Origin: Octopus vulgaris | Lineage: Eukaryota | NCBI GenBank assembly: GCA_951406725.2 | Contig: OX597817.1 | Span: 169,322,001-169,386,000 of the forward strand | Length of the DNA stretch: 64,000 bases | Reading direction: 5' to 3' | In this document: positions 42,967-56,709 of the stretch, piece by piece | Layout of the letters: each line of letters begins with the position of its first letter | Numbering within the stretch: the first letter of the stretch is position 1 | Made by a program: the position numbers and the translations under genes | Notes under the pieces: model-generated | What the model was told of the DNA's origin: nothing | The model's input: only the letters and a program-made list of their open reading frames with translations | Databases searched by the model: none

Positions 42967-43355
42967 AGGCGCAGGAGTGGCTGTGTGGTAAGTAGCTTGC
43001 TAACCAACCACATGGTTCCGGGTTCAGTCCCACTGCGTGGCATCTTGGGCAAGTGTCTTCTGCTATAGCCCCGGGCCTTGAGTGTAGATTTGGTAGACGG
43101 AAACTGAAAGAAGCCTGTCGTATATATATATATGTATGTGTGTGTTTGTGTGTCTGTGTTTGTCCCCCTAGCTTTGCTTGACAACCGATGCTGGTGTGTT
43201 TACGTCCCCGTCACTTAGCGGTTCGGCAAAACAGACCGATAGAATAAGTACCGGGCTTACGAAGAATAAGTCCCGGGGTCGATTTGCTCGACTAAAGGCG
43301 GTGCTCCAGCATGGCCGCAGTCAAATGACTGAAACAAGTAAAAGAGTAAAAGAGT
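42967..43355 (+). mobile_element. SINE family A, full length
   Basis: Matches the family A consensus with a small internal deletion. Confidence 0.9.
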
Positions 43356-43605
43356 ATATGGTTTTTGTTACTGATGTTTGTTTATTTATTTACTGGTTTG
43401 TCAACCGAACAGATGATAATGATTGTTAGGTTGTGGCCGTGGGTATTTTAAAATAGTTTATCCGGCATTCAGTTGCGGCGGCAGGGCCATTGTCATTCTA
43501 CGGTCCATCTATACGTGTGCTAACAGTCTTGTGTGTGTGTGTGTGTACGTGTGTTTGCCAGTTTGTTTTTCAAAGTGCTCATTATTTTACAGAGACAGAC
43601 AGACA

Positions 43606-43640
<35 letters not shown>

Positions 43641-43959
43641 GTACAGGTATCTCTGTTTTGTTTTCCAGGTGGTATTCACACGATGTACGTTCAAACGTAA
43701 CACATGGGACGAACTGTTTTTACTTTCAATTTTTGAGACCAAATAACAGCCGTTCGCATTTTCAATTTCAAAGACGATGGAAACAGACTTGATTTGGCGT
43801 GTAAAATAATATATATGTGTGTATACATACATATATTACACACACACACGCGTGTGTGTGTGTGCCTGAGTCTGCGTATCTATCTATCTATCTATCTATC
43901 TATTTTTTTTATTTTTATATTTTTTAATATTTTATTTTATTTACTTTTTTTTTGTTCTT

Positions 43960-44115
43960 TTCTTCCCTTTTACGATCCCTCTTGATCGAAAACCTACGCC
44001 ACCCCTTTTTTTGTTTCTTTTGTTTTTTGTTTTTTTCGTCCCCCAAAAGAAAAGCTCTACCTTGTAACTTGTCCCATCTGTGTGCAGCCCTGTGTGGCCA
44101 ATAAAGAAACTTATC
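43960..44115 (+). mobile_element. Second copy of the LINE-like 3' end seen at 1842-2245
   Basis: Direct sequence match, again bounded by (TCTA)n. Confidence 0.6.
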
Positions 44116-44121
44116 TATCTA

Positions 44122-44210
<89 letters not shown>

Positions 44211-44569
44211 AATTAATAAATAAAACATATGCATATATACATACATACATATATGTACGTACCTACCTCTACATGTATATATACACGCATATATGGGTAC
44301 AGGTCACCAAAAAAACCGTCGAACACAATGAGAAACGAAAACATAAACACACAACCAAGGAACATACACACATAGTCTTCGAATTTTCCTTAAGAAATTA
44401 AATTCGGCTTAATTCGTTTTATCCAGGTTTTTTTAGGGTGTGTGTTGCTGGCTACCACTGGAAAATTTATTCTTTGTCACTGCTTAAAAAGCAGTGATCG
44501 CATTCTTTCATAATTGGCTTATATATCGATTGGAACTGACAGGATATCGAGATCATGTGAAAACTTGTT

Positions 44570-45140
44570 CTGAGCCAAGCTTTCAAGTTAAGGAATTTTG
44601 TAGCGAGTCGACGAAGCTATAAATGAAGAAAACGATTATTACACAGAAGCACTACGACCAGCTGATTCCAAGGTGAAACCAATTGCGGCAGGAACAAAAT
44701 CCCCAGTACAACAGCTGAGTCACTGTATAGACTTAGTCCTTAAACCTTTATGTCCCCAAATTCCAAGTTACGTACACAACAATTTGGATTTCTTGAAATT
44801 CCTCCTATCAATGATTCCAAAGGGCACCCGCTTAACAAGCTCTGACCTAAGTAGCATGTATATCAATATGCCACACACACACACTACGCCTAATAACGGT
44901 TTGATACTGGGTAGAAAAATAAGTGACATGGTAACTGAATACTTCAAAACATACTTTACTATAGAAACCCCACAGTATTGGAAGAAAACACTGACAAATA
45001 GCACCGTCTTATGAAAATCTAATAATGAAATTCCTTGAATAGAAGCTAGTTTACAAAATAGAAACGATATTCAATCAAAACGAAATAGAAACGATATAGC
45101 AAATATTTCTTTGCTAAGTGGAACTATTTTGTTGGCCACT
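44570..45140 (+). mobile_element. Decayed Penelope-like (Neptune-type) reverse transcriptase fragment
   Basis: KPIAAGTKSPVQQLSHCIDLVLKPLCPQIPSYV.N.LDFL...LTSSDLSSMYINMPH resembles the PLE RT RPIV...DVxSLYTNIPH region. Confidence 0.75.
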
Positions 45141-45167
45141 GTTGTTGTTGTTGTTATTATTATTATT

Positions 45168-45518
45168 GAGTGAGAGAGCAGTGCATGCCATCAAAGTGAC
45201 ACTGGGGTAAAATATACGAAGCCCAGTATACCCATCATGACTACCCGTCTGATAAGGGTACACTAGGCACATGAATCTCAACCATATGTGCGCGACATGG
45301 TGATCTCATATCAAGATAAACAGTACATGACCTTGCAGGTGGGGCCCAGTTAGAATTTTCTTCAGGTTGAGTAGCCCATCCTGCTCAAGAGGTCTCTGAA
45401 TAAGGGTTGTTTAAGGATGTTGAACGAAACAGCTATATTTCCAGTGGTAAATTACTCAAACTCCAAAGAATCCCTCTCAACACATAGCTATGATGCTCCC
45501 CCACTACTTCTGTACTAC

Positions 45519-45553
<35 letters not shown>

Positions 45554-46100
45554 GAGTGAGAGAGCAGTGCATGCCATCAAAGTGACACTGGGGTAAAATA
45601 TACGAAGCCCAATATACCCATCATGACTACCCGTCTGATAAAGGTACACCAGGCACATGCATCACAACCATATGTGCGCGACATGGTGATCTCATATCAA
45701 GATAAACAGCACATGACCTTGCAGGTGGGACCCAGTTATAATTTTCTTCAGGTTGAGTAGCCCATCCTGCTCAAAAGGTCCCTGAATAAGGGTTGTTTAA
45801 GGATGTTGAAAGAACCACCCATGTTTCCAGAGGTGAATTATTCAAACCCCAAACAATCACTCTCAACACATGGCTATGATGCTCCCCCACTACTTCTGCT
45901 CGTGATCAGAGATGCACATATCGTCAGCCACTAAGGGACATGGTCAACTGGTTAAGGTCAAACAACTGAGAAGCAAATCTGTGGTATTGAGCAGAATATT
46001 TGCTGTAGCCCATCTTTTACACCAAGGCAAAACAATGTACATGATAACACTTCCAATCAGTTAAGATCAGAAGCCATGAGAGCCACTGCCTGGTACTGCA
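45168..46100 (-). mobile_element. Two tandem family F copies
   Basis: See 36556-37130. Confidence 0.85.
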
Positions 46101-46189
46101 TATTATTATTATTATCATTATTATTATTATTATCATCATCATCATCTTATGAAAACTCATAGCTTATTTTGCTGGGTATGATGGAAAGT

Positions 46190-46829
46190 GTCAGCTGTCC
46201 ACAGCCAACAGACTAAGTCGACACTTGTTTTACTGGTCATTCTTCAAGAACTCTGCGAAGAATTCTTGCAGTTCCCAGCAATGCTGATTTTTGTAGGTGT
46301 TCTACCTTCACAATTGCACCAATCTTTTTTAGCCATGTTCGTAGTTGAGAATTGATACTTCCAAGTGCATCAATGACTATTGCCATCACGCCTGCTCTCT
46401 TCATTGACCATAACCTTCGTATTTCCCAATTTGAAATCGTCGTAGTTGCTTATTTTTTTTTCTTCTTCTTTCACACTGATCCTGTTGTCACCAGAGCATG
46501 CTGTGTCAATTATCATACATGTTCCTTCTTTTTCATTCATCGCAACAATGTCCGGTTTCCGATGTTTGATTGGGTGATTGCACTGGATCATTGCATCCCA
46601 CATGATTTTGCAATTCTCATTTTTGGTAACTCCTTCTGGATTTTTCTCATACCACGTTTTCACTCTTTGTAGGCCGAGATTTCCACAGAGCTCCCAATGG
46701 ATCATTCTTGCCACATTATCATGACGTCTTTTGTATTCGCGTTGTGCCAATTTCGGGCATTCGCTAACGATGTACCATACCGTTTCGCCCCTCTCACCAC
46801 ATATTCTGCATTTGTTGCTATCTGTAGTG
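46190..46829 (-). mobile_element. R4/Dong-clade LINE 3' fragment (zinc knuckle + RLE)
   Basis: CRICGERGETVWYIVSECPKLAQREYKRRHDNVA..IHWELC...IMWD...HRKPDIV...IID. Confidence 0.85.
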
Positions 46830-46832
46830 TTG

Positions 46833-46864
<32 letters not shown>

Positions 46865-47240
46865 GAATGAGAGAGTAGTGCATGCCATCAAAGTGACACT
46901 GGGGTAAAAATATACGAAGCTCAGTATACCCATCATGACAACCCGCTGATAAGGGTACACCCGGCTCATGCATCACAACCATATGTGTGTGACATGTTGA
47001 TCTCATACCAAGATAAACAGCGCATGACCGTGGGGCCCAGTTAGAATTTTCTTCGGGCCGAGTATCTCATCCCATTCAAAAGGTCCCCGAAGAAGGGTTG
47101 TTTAAGGATGATGAACGAAACACCTGTTATTAAAGGCGAACTATTCAAACCCCAAAGAATTCCTCTCAACACATGGCTATGATGCTCTCCCACTACTTCT
47201 GTTCGTGATCAGAGATGCACATATCGTCAGCCACCAAGGA
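46865..47240 (-). mobile_element. Family F copy, truncated
   Basis: See 36556-37130. Confidence 0.8.
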
Positions 47241-47294
47241 ACTCAGCTGTAGAAATGAATTGCAGCGTCACAGGTGCCAAGCTATATCGGCCTT

Positions 47295-47722
47295 AGATCT
47301 TTTCGGTTTGAACGGCAGTTTTTAACATAATTTCTAGGTAACTAAAAAATTTAAAACTTCGTATGCTGGTTGAATGTGTTTATGAAACATCTTTTTCTCT
47401 TGACTTTATTGAGAAAATTCTATAGTTTGTAAGATATTTGTTTTTTTTTCAATTTCTGCAATTTCAACCAATCAATGACGTCCATTGAGGTAAAAAGCAT
47501 TCTGTGCCGTATGAATATGTCCCTCGTTTAAGAAACAGATTGGGTTTATTTACATTTGTGAAGAGAAAAAAAAGATACCCTTCCCCCACCCCTAACCAAC
47601 CCTAACTAACCCTAACCCTAAAACAGATTGAAATGCAATAGATCGATACTAGGGTCATAATTATGGGTGACAATTTCATATGAGACCGCTAGAAAAAACT
47701 GGCGTTCAAACCGAAAAGATCC
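47295..47722. mobile_element. MITE with ~28-bp TIRs, 8-bp TSD and internal (CCCTAA)n (Merlin- or hAT-like)
   Basis: TIR gatcttttcggtttgaacg.cagttttt. TSD TCGGCCTT at 47287 and 47723. Second copy at 50777-51185. Confidence 0.85.
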
Positions 47723-48203
47723 TCGGCCTTTGCCGTTCTCTTAACATCGGTGACATGGAAAGGGGAGACTAGTTTGCATGGGCGACTGCTGTTCTTCCAT
47801 AAACAACCTTACTCGGAGTATACTTTCTAGGTGCAATCCCATAGTCATTCATGACCAAAAGGGGTCTTCCTCATGCGCGTGCGTGCAAGTCTTGTAGGTG
47901 CGTGTGCACTCGTACATCCCTGCATATTAAAACGTTAATCACTGGAACTACCATCGTTTACTTGTTTCAGTAATGAGACGACGACCATACTGGAGCACCG
48001 CCTTGAAGGATTTTAGTCGAATGAATCGACTCCAGTACTTCTATTAAAATCCTGGTACTTATCATATCGGTCTATTTTTGCCGAACCGCTACGTTACGGG
48101 GACGTAAAAAACACAAATAGCGGTTGTCAAGCGGTGATGGGGTGGGGTGAAAACGCGCGCGCACGCACACAACATACATGTGTGTGTGTGTGTGTATATT
48201 ACT

Positions 48204-48582
48204 GTGGAGGCGCAATGGCCCAGTGGTTAGGGCAGCGGACTCGCGGTCATAGGATCGCGGTTTCGATTCCCAGACCGGGCGTTGTGAGTGTTTATTGAGC
48301 GAAAACACCTAAAAGCTCCACGAGGCTCCGGCAGGGGATGGTGGTGATCCCTGCTGTACTCTTTCACCATAACTTTCTCTTACTTCCTGTTTCCGTTGTA
48401 CCTGTATTTCAAAGGGCCGGCCTTGTCACTCTCTGTGTCACGCTGAATATCCCCGAGAACTACGTTGAGGGTACACGTGTCTGTGGAGTGCTCAGCCACT
48501 TACACGTTAATTTCACGAGCAGGCTGTTCCGTTGATTCGGATCAACCGGAACCCTCGTCGTCGTAACCGACGGAGTGCTTCC
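48204..48582 (+). mobile_element. SINE family C (tRNA-derived), full length
   Basis: A-box TGGCCCAGTGG, B-box GTTTCGATTCC. Near-identical to 62389-62771. Confidence 0.9.
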
Positions 48583-48886
48583 GTGTGTATTACTGTATTT
48601 CTGTATACGTATATTACGCTGGTTTGTTTAAAATCACGTCTTATCTTCTTCGTGTTGAAAAAAGGCATCGTAGCAAATAACCAATGAGGACGACACGGCC
48701 AGAGAAAAATATCGACTAATTGATTAGTTTCGACTTTCGTTAAAGCCATGATCAGGATTTGATTACTTTCTTCGTTTTGTTGAGACACAGTATTGATATA
48801 TATATATGAATAATGTAAGGTTATTTAAGTAGTGATGCAAAACTGACCATGCATTTTAACTGATACATTGTGTGTCTGTCTGTATA

Positions 48887-48963
<77 letters not shown>

Positions 48964-48984
48964 ATTTATATGTATGTATGTATG

Positions 48985-49032
<48 letters not shown>

Positions 49033-49156
49033 GTATGTATGTATATGTGATATATGTGTGTGTGTGCGTGCGCGAGTAAAATTCTAAAGAAAGTTCGGAC
49101 CACATATTTGATATATATGTTTGCCTTTGTATTTTGATCAGAATTACCTATGTATG

Positions 49157-49190
<34 letters not shown>

Positions 49191-50776
49191 TGTATGTATG
49201 TATGTATGTATGTATGTACGTACGTACGTGCGTATGTATGTATGTAAGCAAGTCTGATTAGATATTCATTTAGAAAGCGTACTGTCCACAGAATTTAAGT
49301 TACACACACTTTTTAATGACTTGTCGGTTCAATGGTGCGAAGCTAAATGTTGAGGAGTGATGCTCTGAGATTTTGATGACACCTTCATAGACTATAATCG
49401 GAGAGAGTGGAGTAACGAGTGTCGTGTATTTGTTACAGACGAATAAACAACATTAAGGGAAGGCTTTGACAGAACACGTAGTTTAAAAGAACACTAGAAC
49501 AGTATCTTGTGAAGGTATCTCGAGCTCCCCTTTATATATGTAAACATACGAATTAGATATAAAAACATGATACATTTAATTATTTCTCCGTTGACTGAAA
49601 AAAGAGAGCCGTCGGTGAATGTATATTAGTGACTGGTTGTTTTGGACTTGATTACTTTAAAAATTTAAACAGTGATTTATAGTTATTGATGAATGTATAA
49701 CTTAGAATTGTTTTAGGCATACAATTTTTCTTTAAAAAATTGTATAGTAGCCAAGTGTTTTTAGTCACCGATGAACGTGTAATTTTGAATTGTTATTTTA
49801 GACATGTGAGTTTTTTTTAAAGTTGAATAGTTATTAAGTGTCTTACGGGTGTTGTTGAATGTATCTTTTTGAAGTGTCACAATTCGTCGAGTCGTAGTTT
49901 GTATTTTTCAATAAATCTCTATTTCAGAACAATGGGTAGATTTAACATTGAGGGGAAATTTGTATGTTGCACATAAGTAAAAAAAAAAAAGTGGAGGGGT
50001 TAACTACCAGTATCCGTCCGATCCTGGAGCAATTTCAAGTGCAAACGCATTTACTAGTATTTGTCTGGTACTGAGATAACGTATTTGTTAATGATGCACA
50101 GTCATTCTATATTTTACGGTAATAATTTTTTCCGATTTAAATTCATACTATATGCCTTCGATAAGCCTAATTCTGGCTCCGCAGTTGGGGCTACTATCAC
50201 TTTTGACAACAAAAACAGCAATGACAGCAACAATATACATTTTTCTTGATTGTAAACCTATCACAGAACGAAAGAAAAACGTTCTTAATATACATTTGGA
50301 TTTCAAAGTTGGTTTCCTTGCTTTTCTTGGTCTGAATCAATCAGTAAACGTAATGGCTTTTTTTCTGTAACTGCAGGTGTTATTTTACTCAATTCAATAA
50401 TCTGTGGCCTAATACATTAAGTTATCAACACTTTATATTTTTCACACAGAAAACATCTCTGGGAAATTCTTTTACCACAGTCATCCTTCTAAGCTGTTAT
50501 GCCCATCAATATGTATTCAATCAACGAAATCTTTATATGTTTCAGTCATCTATGCTTTTATGTATAATGGCAAGATTATGCTTCACTGAAGGACGTTAAA
50601 TAAGACCGAGATGTGTAAAGTTGAGATTAGACTTGTTCTCCACTATTTCCTCCCATTCACTTCCATTTAATTTGGATTTTGAAGTTATTTTTTCTAGCTA
50701 TAATTTAACCATTAAATGTAATTAATTCCTCTTTACTATGGGGTTTCATTTTTAAAATTTAAAAAAAAAAAAAAAG

Positions 50777-51185
50777 GGATCTTTTCGGTTTGACCGGCAG
50801 TTTTTTAAAATAATTTCCAAGTAACTAAACACTTTTAAACTTCGTATACTGGTAGAATGTGTTTAGAAAACATCTTTTTCTCTTGGCTTTATTGAGAAAA
50901 TTCTATAGTTTGTAAGATATTGTTGTTATTTTTTTCAATTTCTGCAATTTCAACCAATCAATGACGTCCATTGATGTAAAAAGCATTCTGTGCCGTATGA
51001 ATATGTCCCTCGTTTAAGAAACAGATTGGGTTTATTTACATTTCTGAAGAAAAAAAGATACCCTTCCCCCACCCCTAACCCTAAAACAGATTGAAATGCA
51101 ATAGATCAATACTAGGGTCATAATTATGGGTGACAATTTTATATGACACCGCTAGAAAAAACTGGCGTTCAAACCGAAAAGATCC
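50777..51185. mobile_element. Second copy of the telomere-repeat-containing MITE
   Basis: GGATC...GATCC termini. Body near-identical to 47295-47722. Confidence 0.85.
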
Positions 51186-51979
51186 AAAAATTGTTCACTA
51201 CGTTAAAAATGTTAACATTCACTTTACTTTATGATAGATGATATATACCTGCCTGCCTCTTTCTCCCTTCCACGCCCCCCTCTCTCTCTCTCTCTCACTT
51301 TGCCAGAATGTTACAGGTCGAGATAAACGTATTGATTAATAGTGTAAAACCGTCAACATAATGCTGATATATTAGTGACATATATATATATACACAGTTG
51401 CTAACGACACTTACGCAATTATTTGGCCCCAAGCAATAACTAACGTATAAAGCAGTCAGTGTTTAAATGTACATGTGAGGATGAAACATCAACGAAATCA
51501 CCTCCATCTTGCCTATAAATGTTTGGGTATACAACAAAACTTCCACCATCACTGTTTGTAGTATTCTTACTAATCATTATATTCATCGTATTGCTAACAG
51601 TTATTTCTCCCTTAAGATAATAACGTTCCATTATTAAATCACTTTTGCTTCGTCTCTAGCTACCAGATATTATTTGACGTGATGCAAACATAGCCTTAAT
51701 TATCTATGGTCACACGAAATGTACCTACTGACAGCGAAGTTGACTTGTATTGATTCCATAAACTATATTGCATTTTCAATATATGTCGTAGGTGGGGGAC
51801 AGTGGTTTCTTTTACTTGAACATATGTCACAGTTTGATCGTCTGCAGTTTTAAGTTCAAATTTGGTTTGCTTTCAAGATGGACTTTATCTTTTCAGCTTT
51901 AACATTCACACCTACGTCCACAAACACTGTAGGTAATATTGCTTTATATAGGCGATGCGCATTGTTTTCTTACTCATCA

Positions 51980-52015
<36 letters not shown>

Positions 52016-52017
<2 letters not shown>

Positions 52018-52195
52018 GGAGAATTCACGAAAAAAAAAAACAAAAGACGAAGACAGGTGGTGTAGAAAACAAACAGATGTATTAGTATAATGCTCAGGAA
52101 TTGAAAAAGTCTTTTATATTTTGAGCCTATGCTCCTCCACAGAAAGGAACACAGAAAGAAACAAGGAGAGAAAAAATGTGTGTAATGGCTACCGA
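52016..52195 (-). mobile_element. Penelope-like pseudo-LTR remnant with decayed hammerhead
   Basis: Homologous to 23000-23168 and flanked by (TA)n. Confidence 0.6.
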
Positions 52196-52461
52196 TATAT
52201 ATATATATATATATATATATTCTTTTACTTGTTTCAGTCATTTCACTGCCGCCATGCTGGAGCACCACTTTTAGTCGAAAAAATCAACCCCAGGACTTAT
52301 TCTTTGTAAGCCTAGTACTTATTTCTATACTGCAACATTTGATGAATGTGGTCTCCTTGAAGTTTTATAAGAATGTTCCTAAAAAAAACATACTTTTTAC
52401 CCTTTAGCGACACAAGATACCAAAAGATAAACCCATTCATCCAAAATTGCTTGCGTCAACC

Positions 52462-52868
52462 TTACTCTTACTCTTTTACTTGTTTCAGTCATTTGACTGC
52501 GGCCATGCTGGAGCACCGCCTTTAATCGAGCAAATCGACCCCGGGACTTATTCTTTGTAGCCCAGTACTTATTCTATCGGTCTGTTTTGCTGAACCGCTA
52601 AGTTACTGGGACGTAAACACACCAGCATCGGTTGTCAAGCGATGTTGGGGGGACAAACACAGACACACAAACATATACACACACACTTATATATATATAC
52701 ATATATACGACAGGCTTCTTTCAGTTTCCGTCTACCAAATCCACTCACAAGGCATTGGTCGGCCCGGGGCTATAGCAGAAGACACTTGCCCAAGATGCCA
52801 TGCAGTGGGACTGAACCCGGAACCATGTGGTTGGTTAGCAAGCTACTTACCACACAGCCTCTCCTTGC
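52462..52868 (-). mobile_element. SINE family A, full length
   Basis: Matches the family A consensus. Confidence 0.9.
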
Positions 52869-53138
52869 TTATATTTTTAGTGTAAGGGTCAATTGTATGT
52901 ATGCATGTGTGTATGTGAATGTTTGGGAGTGTTTATGGGCATGTTTGGGTAAAATAGTTGTGTGTGTGAGTGAGAGTATGTATGTGGTTGTTTAAGTGTA
53001 TGATGAATTGTATGTATATATGTGTGTGTATGTTTGTGTGTGTGTGTGTGTGTATGTGTGAGTTGCTATAAATATACTTTGTATGAGTTTAATTTTGGGG
53101 CAACTTTATTTCAGTTAAAGTGTATTTTATATGTGTAT

Positions 53139-53299
53139 CAGAGTGGTTGGCGTTAGGAAGGGCATCCAGCTGTAGAAACTCTGCCAGATCAGATTTGAGT
53201 CTGGTGCAGCCATCTGGTTCGCTAGACCTCAGTCAAATCGTCCAACCCATGCTAGCATGGAAAGCGGGCGTTAAACAATGATGATGATGATGATGATGA

Positions 53300-53336
<37 letters not shown>

Positions 53337-53829
53337 TGGAGGCGTGTGGCTTAGTGGTTAAGGTGTCAGCATCATGATCGTAAGATTGTGGTTTCGATTC
53401 CTGGACAGGGCGATGCGTTGTGTTCTTGAGCAAAACACTTCATTTCACGTTGCTCCAGTCCACTCAGCTGGCAAAAATGTGTAACGATGCGATGGCCTGG
53501 CGTCCCATCCAACAGGGGAACACATACGCCATAGAAACCGGGAAACCGTGCCCATGAGCCTGGCAAGGCTTTAAAAGGGCGCATTTATTTTATTTTATTT
53601 ATATATATATATATATTGAACGAGCTGGCAGACACGTTAGCGCTCCGGGTGAAATGCTTGGCGGTATTTCGTCTGTCGTTACGTTCTGAGTCCAAATTCC
53701 GCCGAGGTCAACTTTACCTTTCATCCTTTCGGGGTCGATAAATAAAGTACTAGTTTCGCATTGGGGGCAATATAATCGACTCAATCCCTTCGTCTGTCCT
53801 TGTTTAGCCCCCTGTGGGCATTAAAGAAA
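53139..53829 (+). mobile_element. Consecutive SINEs: family D tail (53139-53302), C-related (53336-53585), B (53620-53829)
   Basis: Each matches other copies in the window. Confidence 0.8.
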
Positions 53830-54544
53830 TATATATATATTGAAGAAAGCAAAAAATAAGACAAAAATGATGAAAGCAAAAGGTTAAATGTGTGCTCAGT
53901 ATTTTGGCCACAGGAATTTTTGTCAAAGAGACATCGTTAAACAAAGGTAAAAAGTTCAATTAATTTTCATAGTGATTTGGAGAAGTCTTTGTATTCGTGT
54001 GAATGTATGCATATGTATGTTTATGCTTGCATGTGTATGAGTGTGTGTATATGTATTTTTTAGTGTGTGGTGAATTGTATACATATACATACGCGTGCCC
54101 ATGTATGTATGTGTACAGTGAGAGAGAGAGGGAGAGAGAGAAAGGGTGAGTGAGAGAGAGAGAGGGAGAGAGAGAGGGAGAGAGAGAAAGGGTGAGAGAG
54201 GGAGAGAGAGAAAGGGTGAGTGAGAGAGAGAGAGAGAGAGAGATGGAGAGGTGAGATAAAATTTCTTGTCTCTTGTTTAAAAGAGAAAAGTCTCTTTGCA
54301 ATGACTCCCATTCAGGTTTTTGAACAAGCACAAACACAGCCACACACACTCACACACAAACACACACATACAGGACTATAGAAGGAGACATTTGGTGTCA
54401 CACAGTGGTGCTAAACCCAGAACCATACAGTTAAGAAACAGGCAGACAGGACTGTGTTTTCTTCAACAGTGGTTATAGAAAAAAATATAAGGCAACTATA
54501 TAACAAGCTTCCAAAAAATTCTAATTATTAATTTGCTTTTTATA

Positions 54545-54929
54545 TCTTTATATATAAAAGTGAAGTTGTGTGTCTGTCTCCTACGATTTAGATTCCTTAC
54601 TCCCACATTTTGCGGTGCAGTGTAACCAAAAGCAGGTATCTTATAGTCATGATTCATATCGAGCCCTTTTGAGTATTAGCGCGTGTCTACGATGAGTCTA
54701 CGATTTAAAAAATAATTTACCATCATTTTTTCCCATTTTTTTCGCTATTATATAAGGGAAGTAACTCTCTAAAAATGTCTACGATGAGTCAACGATTTAA
54801 AAAAAATTTACCATAATTTTTTTTCCATTTTTAATGCATTTTCTTGCTATTTTTTGGCTATAACTCTCTAAAAAAGCTTATATAGTTATTTCCCTTACAA
54901 ACCCGAGCAACGCCGGGCGATACTGCTAG
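54545..54929 (+). mobile_element. Non-autonomous Helitron, copy 2
   Basis: Canonical A|TC ... hairpin cccgagcaacgccggg ... CTAG|T termini. Confidence 0.85.
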
Positions 54930-55727
54930 TATATATATATATATATCTTTTAGCATAGCATCATGCAATAGATAAAAGTTTCTTCTAAATTTCTTTCCAA
55001 TTTTTGCCAGAATATTTCTAGAAAATGTAGTTTAAATGTAGTTTCGCTTACTGATGGTGAAAATTTTGGGTAAATTTATAGTTTAACACACAACTCAATT
55101 TTGGTGGGAAATAATACTTTTTCATTGCATTTTTTTTTTCTTGTGCTATCAACTAATCTAATCTCCTAATATGCTGCAAATAATTTTTCTACGAAAATCA
55201 GAGTGACCCCTCAGAAATTCCCCCCTCACCTCACCCGATTGGACCCTACACCTCCTAAGACCACTCCTGTTGCCTATATTGCTAAGGACAATAATAGACA
55301 TGAAACCACTGGTAACTATCTGATCAAACATAACTGACTTCATAAAATATTACAACTCAAAAGAATCTTTTTAGAGTGTACTGGCTTTTGCTAGGTTAAA
55401 AGAATGCTTTGTCAGTTCTGTGTGTGTGAGAGAGAGAGAGAGGGGGGGGAGAAAGAGAGACTTCACTATAACAAAATAAATTAGTGCATCACCAGGCTTC
55501 CTACTGTGCAACATAAATTTCCGTTCCCCCCCCACCAATCACCACCACCTGTACACCCCCCTCCACTACTACAACCATCACTTTGATCCCTCCATTCATT
55601 CATTATTCTATGCAATTAACTGTTCCATTATTAATTAGGATATTTTTTTGACATAAATTGAAATCTAAACAAATTTGACAAGACACGCTTAGCACATACA
55701 CACTGTCATACACAGATGCACATACAT

Positions 55728-55770
<43 letters not shown>

Positions 55771-56448
55771 CATACATATATATATACATACATATATATA
55801 TATATACACACACACATGCACAGATACACACACATATGTATATGTATGGCTACATGTGTGTTGTGTGTATTTGCATTCATGTCTTGAGTGTGATGAACTT
55901 ATTCATTCAAAAACATGAGTTTATATCAGTATATAATGGAGTCAACCACATGCATAGATTGATGGCTGTCACGACACTATATTCTTCAACAATTCCATGC
56001 TTCCTGAAATTCACCAACGCTACACCTGATATGGTTACATATATGGTGCTTTTGCTGTTCTTTTTTCTCGTCTTTTGATGTTTTATTCTTTGTACTTGTA
56101 CTTATGGCTTTCATTGCTTTCTTTACTTGATTTATTGCTTCTCTCTGTCCCCTTTTTTTACCCTCGTTCAACGACTTGTAGAACACCTGAACCCTGTATA
56201 CAATAAGTTCATTATTACGTATGTGTGTGTGTGTGTATGCATGGTTAACTATATATGAGTGGTTTGTGTGTATATATGTGTGTGTGTGTGTGTTAATATC
56301 ATCTTTATTTTCATTTTTGATTTGTTCTGCATATGCCTGCGTATGCACATATGCATTGGCATATTTGTGCAGTTGTGTATGTATGTGTATGTGTGCATGA
56401 CTCTGTATGTATATATCTGTGCACAAGTGCATATATATATATATATAT

Positions 56449-56625
56449 AGGGAGAATTCACAAAAAAACAAAAGATGAAGACAGGTGTAGACAACAAACA
56501 GATGTATTAGTATAACGCTCGGGAAGTGAAAAAGTCTTTAACATTTCGAGCCTATGCTCTTCCACAGAAAGGAACACAGAAAGAAACAAGGAGAGAAAAT
56601 AAAGAATGTGTAGTGGCTAGCAATC
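56449..56625 (-). mobile_element. Penelope-like pseudo-LTR remnant with variant hammerhead
   Basis: Minus strand CUGUGGA-A-GAGC-AUAG-GCUC-GAAA-UGUU. Homologous to 23000-23168. Confidence 0.6.
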
Positions 56626-56709
56626 TATCTATATATATATATATGTATATACTTGTGTGTGTGTGTGTGTGAGTGTGTGCACATGTCTGTTTATGTTCAT
56701 GTTAAAGGT

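Noticed and set aside
46352-46672. Plus-strand ORF containing ASMT, superficially like the start of HMIT exon 2
   Set aside because: It is the antisense of the R4/Dong RLE fragment; no VPxYIAE/RG motif or suitable acceptor.
48204-48277. tRNA-like sequences at SINE heads (also 42967, 53336, 62389)
   Set aside because: They have A/B boxes but continue into SINE bodies; these are SINE heads, not tRNA genes.
49990-50670. Unique-looking sequence with short minus-strand peptides (e.g. DCGKRISQRCFL)
   Set aside because: Multiple stops and no coherent domain; a pseudogene call cannot be supported by eye.
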